From Candidatus Saccharimonadales bacterium (GTDB taxonomy: Bacteria; Patescibacteriota; Saccharimonadia; Saccharimonadales; JAYRRP01), in the NCBI GenBank assembly GCA_041906765.1, contig JAYRIP010000009.1:1-48443 (forward strand): a DNA stretch of 48,443 nt, in the 5' to 3' direction. Position numbers and translations under genes: made by a program. Below the pieces are notes generated by a model. That model was not told where the DNA came from and did not search any database. It was given only the letters and a program-made list of their open reading frames with translations. This document shows positions 43,972 through 48,443 of this stretch, piece by piece. Within the stretch, counting starts at the first letter, position 1. Each line of letters starts with the position of its first letter.

Positions 43972-43980
43972 TGCTACAAT
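43972..43980 (+). promoter_or_regulatory. extended -10 box TGcTACAAT upstream of the tRNA-Glu locus
   Basis: Lies 26 nt upstream of the 17-nt tRNA-Glu 5' fragment. Same box type as upstream of tRNA-Arg. Confidence 0.45.
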
Positions 43981-44006
43981 TTGCCAGTCTTGTAAAAGCC
44001 AAACGG

Positions 44007-44023
44007 GGCCTCATCGTCTAACG
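44007..44023 (+). repeat. 17-nt duplicate of the tRNA-Glu 5' end
   Basis: GGCCTCATCGTCTAACG is identical to 44182-44198. Confidence 0.85.
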
Positions 44024-44096
44024 TGAGAATTGCCGGTGGCAATTCGCAAGGGAATCTTCTCTTGAAAACTTGTTTTCAAAGATGAAGTTCCGGGGT
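44024..44096 (+). ncRNA. copy B of the conserved two-hairpin element
   Basis: Homologous to 197-269. Hairpins at 44027-44045 and 44056-44087. Confidence 0.5.
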
Positions 44097-44181
44097 CGCC
44101 AGAGGTGACTAGGACATCTTAACCGTTAAGGCTAAATGATTGGCACAAGTACCTTAAAATCATAGATAAGTATCCAGATAT

Positions 44182-44256
44182 GGCCTCATCGTCTAACGGT
44201 TAGGACACCAGGTTTTCATCCTGGCAATAGGGGTTCGATTCCCCTTGAGGTCACCA
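44182..44256 (+). tRNA. tRNA-Glu (anticodon TTC), CCA encoded
   Basis: GGCCTCA..CGTCTAACGGTTAGGAC-A-CCAGG-TTTTCAT-CCTGG-CAAT-AGGGG-TTCGATT-CCCCT-TGAGGTC-A-CCA. Confidence 0.92.
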
Positions 44257-45925
44257 TAGGAAAATTATCGCCAAGCAAGGCTTGGAAGACTGGATTCACC
44301 CCTGTAATATGGGGTGATTTTTGGTTTCGGAAAGCTAAATCATTGTAGGTTGGTAATTTCTTGAATATGACCCCGAAAAGTTGAGCTTTTTTGGTATCGT
44401 TACTCTGTTGATTGATAACCTGTCCGATGTTTTCGGAAAACTTCTTGACTCTGGTTATAACCTTGTCTATATCCATAGGTTTTTTAGTTTCCATGTTCAT
44501 CCTTTCTAGTGCTAGGCGCTTAATCTGTTGATCGATATTCTCTAGCTCTTCATTGACATACTTCTGAGCTGAGGAAGCAATAGTGGTAAAACTTTTGGTG
44601 AGCTCTCTGGCTTGAGCTTCAAGCCGAGTAATCTGTGAATCAGTGGCCGCCGTCTTAGCTTCATAAAGGGCTAGATGTTGCTCATACTTTTCGCGTACAA
44701 CCGCAAAGACCTCATCCACTCGTTCTTTAGAAAAGACTAAGTCATTAATGAAATCATAGACCTTAGTCTCAAGATCTTCTTTCGTGACTCTGAATTTGTG
44801 ACCTCGTTTATCACAGTGGTAGTACGAGTAGTATTTGCCGGTTTTGCCTCGTGAAGTGCTACCTGACAGGGGTTTATTACACTCAGGGCACATAACATAG
44901 TGCTTGAACGCAAAGTCATTGTTGCGCGTGCCTCGTACGGTGGCATTGCGTGGAGCGATGCTATCATGGATGGCTATTTTGTTTCCGGGCATTTCAATAA
45001 TGACTCGTTTGCCTTTATTGGCGCGGTTGAATAGCTCGACTGACACCAGACCATCGAACATACATTTCACTGGCTGGTATTTTGTCCACTTTTCGACATT
45101 TACACCTACATAGATTGGATTGCGTACCATTTTCCAGAGCTTTTTATGGTCAAGTAGACTACCTTCAGTTTTGCCAACCACACGATTTCGGTTTTCTTTA
45201 GAACGTCGGTACTGTGGCCGACCATGATAACCCAAGTCATTGAGCTTGGTGGCAATTTCTTTATCTGAGAATTGTTCACTGGCTCTGAGCTCAAATAGTT
45301 TAACGATAAACTTTGCTTCTTCAGGATGCGGCTTCAATATAGTGCGTTTGCCGTGCTGAGTCTCGACTTTTTCTCCCGTAAAGCCGTAAGGTGGTTTACG
45401 CATCCAGTAGCCCATCTGGGTATAGCGAATTTCAGCACCAATAACTCGGCTTAGTATGTCTCGTACTTCATCCTTAGATCTTTCAGCTTCTAACATCTCG
45501 GACTTACGACTAGGTGAGTAGGTGCTCCACTTGTAGCTATGACCGAGATGCTCTAGAGTATTAACTTTCTCCTGACTAATAACGCCGTAGGTATCAATGA
45601 GGGTCACGCCGTGGCTATCGAGCTGGGTTTTTAGCGCATCGTAAGACATTGAGCCTCCGCGGGTAAAACGATCGATTGACTTAACGATGAATAAGTCAAT
45701 ATCGTTTTTCTTATCCTTGCAGTAATCAACCGCTCCTTGCATAGGCTGTTGTTCTTTGCTGGCCGATTCCATAAAGACAAAGAACTTTTTAATTACAATA
45801 CCTTTGTTTTGGGCAAAGCGTTCGATTTGCTCCTTCTGAGCCTCGGGTGAGTCGCCATCACGACCTTGCTTAGAAGTTGAGACCCGAATAGCAGCGATAG
45901 CGTTTCGGTTACGAGCTGGTATCAT
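44216..45925 (-). CDS. large serine recombinase (integrase)
   Basis: Catalytic AAIRVSTSKQ and DRFTR, recombinase domain, zinc ribbon CPECNKPL...YYHCDKRGH, and a coiled coil. RBS GAGGAG lies upstream of the ATG at 45925. The last 41 nt run antisense to tRNA-Glu. Confidence 0.92.
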   Translation of the reverse strand: MIPARNRNAIAAIRVSTSKQGRDGDSPEAQKEQIERFAQNKGIVIKKFFVFMESASKEQQPMQGAVDYCKDKKNDIDLFIVKSIDRFTRGGSMSYDALKTQLDSHGVTLIDTYGVISQEKVNTLEHLGHSYKWSTYSPSRKSEMLEAERSKDEVRDILSRVIGAEIRYTQMGYWMRKPPYGFTGEKVETQHGKRTILKPHPEEAKFIVKLFELRASEQFSDKEIATKLNDLGYHGRPQYRRSKENRNRVVGKTEGSLLDHKKLWKMVRNPIYVGVNVEKWTKYQPVKCMFDGLVSVELFNRANKGKRVIIEMPGNKIAIHDSIAPRNATVRGTRNNDFAFKHYVMCPECNKPLSGSTSRGKTGKYYSYYHCDKRGHKFRVTKEDLETKVYDFINDLVFSKERVDEVFAVVREKYEQHLALYEAKTAATDSQITRLEAQARELTKSFTTIASSAQKYVNEELENIDQQIKRLALERMNMETKKPMDIDKVITRVKKFSENIGQVINQQSNDTKKAQLFGVIFKKLPTYNDLAFRNQKSPHITGVNPVFQALLGDNFPMVTSRGIEPLLPG

Positions 45926-46022
45926 CCTGATTCTCCTCAAGTACAAGTTCAAGTAAAATATCCGCTAGTAGATCGATCTGCTCGTCTCTTTCTACTTCAC
46001 TAGTCGATATTTCATTAGCCAT
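45909..46022 (-). CDS. 37-aa acidic small ORF overlapping the recombinase start (candidate directionality or regulatory factor)
   Basis: MANEISTSEVERDEQIDLLADILLELVLEENQDDTSS. RBS GAGGG lies 5 nt upstream. 17-nt overlap with the recombinase gene. Too short for the ORF track. Confidence 0.3.
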   Translation of the reverse strand: MANEISTSEVERDEQIDLLADILLELVLEENQDDTSS

Positions 46023-46217
46023 GATACCCTCGTAAACTATTGATTATAGCTATAGTTTACTATAGAATATAGCGTTAGTTCAATAGTATAGCCACAGTAA
46101 TATTTACAATTGTGGATATCTTATCGTTAAGATACCTATATAATCATTTCTAATCAGTTATATTTGTACGTTATTGTTATATAATTACCTATACTGCGTA
46201 TAGGAGTAGATAGTACA

Positions 46218-46952
46218 GTGAAAGAGCCAAAATACCGACGACCATTAAACCCTCAGCAAATTACTATTCTTAATACTCTCTATAAGTTTAGATTTACTAA
46301 TATTGCTTTACTTGCACAGAACCAACAAGCCAACCCTAGAGTTATATCAAGCAGACTAAAGATATTAGTAGATCAAGGCTATATCGGTATGAACTATGAT
46401 AGTAGCTATAAGATAGCTAGAAGACCAGCTACATACTATCTAGCTACTAAAGGTGTCCGATTCTTACGAACACAACCATACACAAGCGAATCAGCTCTTA
46501 GAAGCATCTACCACGACAAGCGAGTTGAAGACCATAGAATTAGTCACCGATTGAATGTTTTCAAAGCCTATATACAGCTCAAACATAGCTATCCAGATAG
46601 ATATAAGTTCTACAGCAAAACTGAGCTTATGGACAAAGATTACGTACCTAAAACTAAGCCAGACGCATACATAGTAGATAAAGAAGCCGACAATTCCTAC
46701 TTCCTGGAGTGTCTAGAGGACAATATGACCTACTGGACGCTACGCAAAACCATACGGAAATACATAACTTTCACTGAGATGGAGATATGGAGACAATATA
46801 AAACCAATCAATCACATCCGGAAGTGCTACTTATATGTGAGTCGGAGAGGCTTGAGAGGACAGTAAAAAAGCTGGTCGAGAAAGAATTAGATCGTAGCTA
46901 TGTTGAGCTAGGGGTCAAGGTGGTTGATCCAGACGAAGAATTTCTGGTTTGA
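46218..46952 (+). CDS. replication-relaxation (Replic_Relax)-like winged-helix protein
   Basis: N-terminal wHTH pattern L..QQI.IL..LYKFRF....LLA........V..RL..LVDQGYI......YY.L..KG..FL. GTG start 11 nt after AGGAG. Confidence 0.5.
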   Translation: MKEPKYRRPLNPQQITILNTLYKFRFTNIALLAQNQQANPRVISSRLKILVDQGYIGMNYDSSYKIARRPATYYLATKGVRFLRTQPYTSESALRSIYHDKRVEDHRISHRLNVFKAYIQLKHSYPDRYKFYSKTELMDKDYVPKTKPDAYIVDKEADNSYFLECLEDNMTYWTLRKTIRKYITFTEMEIWRQYKTNQSHPEVLLICESERLERTVKKLVEKELDRSYVELGVKVVDPDEEFLV

Positions 46953-47056
46953 ATTTTAGAGCAACCAATGTACTATATACGTAAGCGTTTCTATATTTTA
47001 TGATCAAACATATGCATACAAATAAACTAACAACAAAGGACACCTAATAAAACATC

Positions 47057-48443
47057 ATGGACAGCCAAACCGTAACTCAAACCATCAATCTCCTGGTTGG
47101 ACCCGGTGTACCTAACACTGGTCTTGGTCCTACTCAATCATCGCCACTCCTCCCACTGGCCATCGGTACAACCCTAACCCTCCTGATTGCATGTTTGCTC
47201 ACCTGGTATTTCCTTGTCCATCGCTCTCGTAATTCACATAACTCCCATTCTCATTCAATCTCTAAGCTACCAAAACTTAGCTCTCGTAGCTTCAGTATCC
47301 TTGTCCTGCTTGCCCTGACTGCAGCGCTCCTCGCTACCAATCTCCCAATTGTCTCTGCAGCTCCCACTCTCTCCCTCGGTACAGACCAAGGCACCATTCA
47401 AGTCACTGTTCCTCAGGGTGGTGGTACCACTACGGCTACCACAACCCTCACCAGTGGCACCGCCAACGCTCACGGCTATACCTTGACCGCCAGTCTGACT
47501 GAACCAGAACCAGGTATTGGCATCAAGCTCACAGGTGGAGACATCACCACCAGTACCACTCTCAACCCAGGCGGTAACCCCCTGACTCTCAAAACTACCA
47601 GTGTAGCCTCATCGGGTGACGCCACAGATGTAACCCTAACCTTCAATATAGATAGTACTGTCGTATCCGGGAAGAAAGAACTCAAGCTCAACTATGCCGT
47701 AGCAGACAATGAGTCTACAACACCACCAATAGATAGTACTGTCGTATCCGGGAAGAAAGAACTCAAGCTCAACTATGCCGTAGCAGACAATGAGTCTACA
47801 ACACCACCAGCTGCCACTCTCCAAAGCTTCACCACAAGCCAATGTAGTGCTCTACCTACCTACACTGGCAGCAATGAAGAAGCTGTCATAACCCTAACTG
47901 ACACCAGAGGAGACAACCAAGAATACCAAGTAGCCAAACTAGCTGATGGCAACTGCTGGATGCTCAATAACCTCAAGCTTGGTAGTACCACAAGCACCAT
48001 AACCCTCACACCAAGTGATACCAACATAGCTAGTAACTTTACGTTACCACAACTGACCACCGCCGGCACGGCCGACTACGATAATCCTGGAGCTTACGGC
48101 CCAATCCCTGGTGACACGGGAGCAGGACAGACTAACTACGGCTACCTCTACAACTGGAGTGCGGCTACAGCCGGTGAATCCCGAACCTCCCACACCGAAA
48201 CTGATGGTGATGCACCGTACTCCATCTGCCCTAGCGGTTGGAGACTACCAACCGTTGGCTTCACCGAAGAATACGATGAGATAGAAGACGAGTATAGCTA
48301 CATTGCTTCTGGCGACTACTCTAACCTCGACATTTCCTTTGGTGGTACTGGCCAATACGCTGATAGCGGTGCCAACATTGCCAAGTGGCAACATGACGGT
48401 CCCTTTAGAGGAGTTCTTGCTGGCGGCTGGGTCGAGGGCTTCG
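47057..48443 (+). CDS. surface protein with a Fibrobacter-succinogenes-major-paralogous (FISUMP)-like domain, 3'-truncated by the window end
   Basis: Frame open from the ATG at 47057 to the window end (absent from the ORF track because it has no stop). Motifs: LTDTRGDNQEYQVAKLADGNCWMLNNL ... GYLYNWSAA ... CPSGWRLPT. Confidence 0.75.
   Translation, partial: MDSQTVTQTINLLVGPGVPNTGLGPTQSSPLLPLAIGTTLTLLIACLLTWYFLVHRSRNSHNSHSHSISKLPKLSSRSFSILVLLALTAALLATNLPIVSAAPTLSLGTDQGTIQVTVPQGGGTTTATTTLTSGTANAHGYTLTASLTEPEPGIGIKLTGGDITTSTTLNPGGNPLTLKTTSVASSGDATDVTLTFNIDSTVVSGKKELKLNYAVADNESTTPPIDSTVVSGKKELKLNYAVADNESTTPPAATLQSFTTSQCSALPTYTGSNEEAVITLTDTRGDNQEYQVAKLADGNCWMLNNLKLGSTTSTITLTPSDTNIASNFTLPQLTTAGTADYDNPGAYGPIPGDTGAGQTNYGYLYNWSAATAGESRTSHTETDGDAPYSICPSGWRLPTVGFTEEYDEIEDEYSYIASGDYSNLDISFGGTGQYADSGANIAKWQHDGPFRGVLAGGWVEGF
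47648..47809 (+). repeat. perfect 81-bp tandem duplication (2 copies), in frame
   Basis: 47648-47728 equals 47729-47809. It encodes IDSTVVSGKKELKLNYAVADNESTTPP twice. Confidence 0.95.

Larger units (their letters stand above)
44024..48443. mobile_element. tRNA-Glu-associated integrative element (serine recombinase type), right end outside the window
   Basis: A tRNA 5' fragment marks the left junction. The element carries its own tRNA copy, a large serine recombinase, a Replic_Relax-like gene and cargo surface protein(s). Confidence 0.5.

Noticed and set aside
47267-48069. Four 68-71-aa minus-strand ORFs
   Set aside because: They are antisense to the long open plus-strand frame carrying the FISUMP-like motifs. 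One simply mirrors the 81-bp duplication.
47057-48443. Diversity-generating retroelement target (variable C-terminal lectin-like domain in a surface protein)
   Set aside because: The window contains no reverse transcriptase gene and no template/variable repeat pair with adenine-specific mismatches. The only repeat is a perfect tandem duplication.

Overview
48.4-kb bacterial chromosomal window using the standard code (TGA is a stop, and several ATGA start/stop overlaps occur). The gene content is peptidoglycan genes (murD, murI), folate genes (folA, folC, folD), many standalone receiver proteins, LPXTG-type and giant repeat surface proteins, and compact overlapping genes. This fits a small-genome, Gram-positive-type or Patescibacteria (Saccharibacteria-like) organism, but that is inference only. 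Layout: (1) 1-350 holds tRNA-Arg, a terminator, a conserved two-hairpin element and a degenerate copy of the tRNA 3' end. (2) 658-8865 holds a 2067-aa membrane-anchored propeller/LamG/Fn3 protein followed by a MacB/FtsX-type ABC pair. (3) 8.8-30.2 kb is housekeeping and envelope: folA, a methyltransferase, an FMN reductase, a NOX-like ferric reductase with a cytochrome b5-domain protein, an M23 peptidase, folC, a GT2/deacetylase pair, tRNA-Lys, an OmpR/HK two-component module, folD-murI, murD and three tandem CheY-like receivers. (4) 30.2-36.9 kb is a visibly AT-rich seven-gene island. It encodes an NDT-like/RHH regulator, a dTMP-kinase-like protein, a Nudix hydrolase, a Gfo/Idh/MocA oxidoreductase, an AdoMetDC-like protein, a catalytically degenerate ArgRS paralogue and an ALDH-like protein. 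(5) 37-43.8 kb holds unknown proteins, a 7TM-GAF histidine kinase, and Gly-rich and PKD/LPXTG surface proteins. (6) 44.0 kb to the window end is a tRNA-Glu-associated mobile element with a large serine recombinase whose 3' end overlaps the tRNA, and it runs off the window. The most unusual signal is a 73-nt two-hairpin element present twice (197-269 and 44024-44096). Each copy abuts a tRNA-gene fragment, and four compensatory base-pair swaps separate the copies. No CRISPR array, rRNA, transposase or reverse transcriptase was seen. All family assignments rest on motifs read by eye, and no database search was run.
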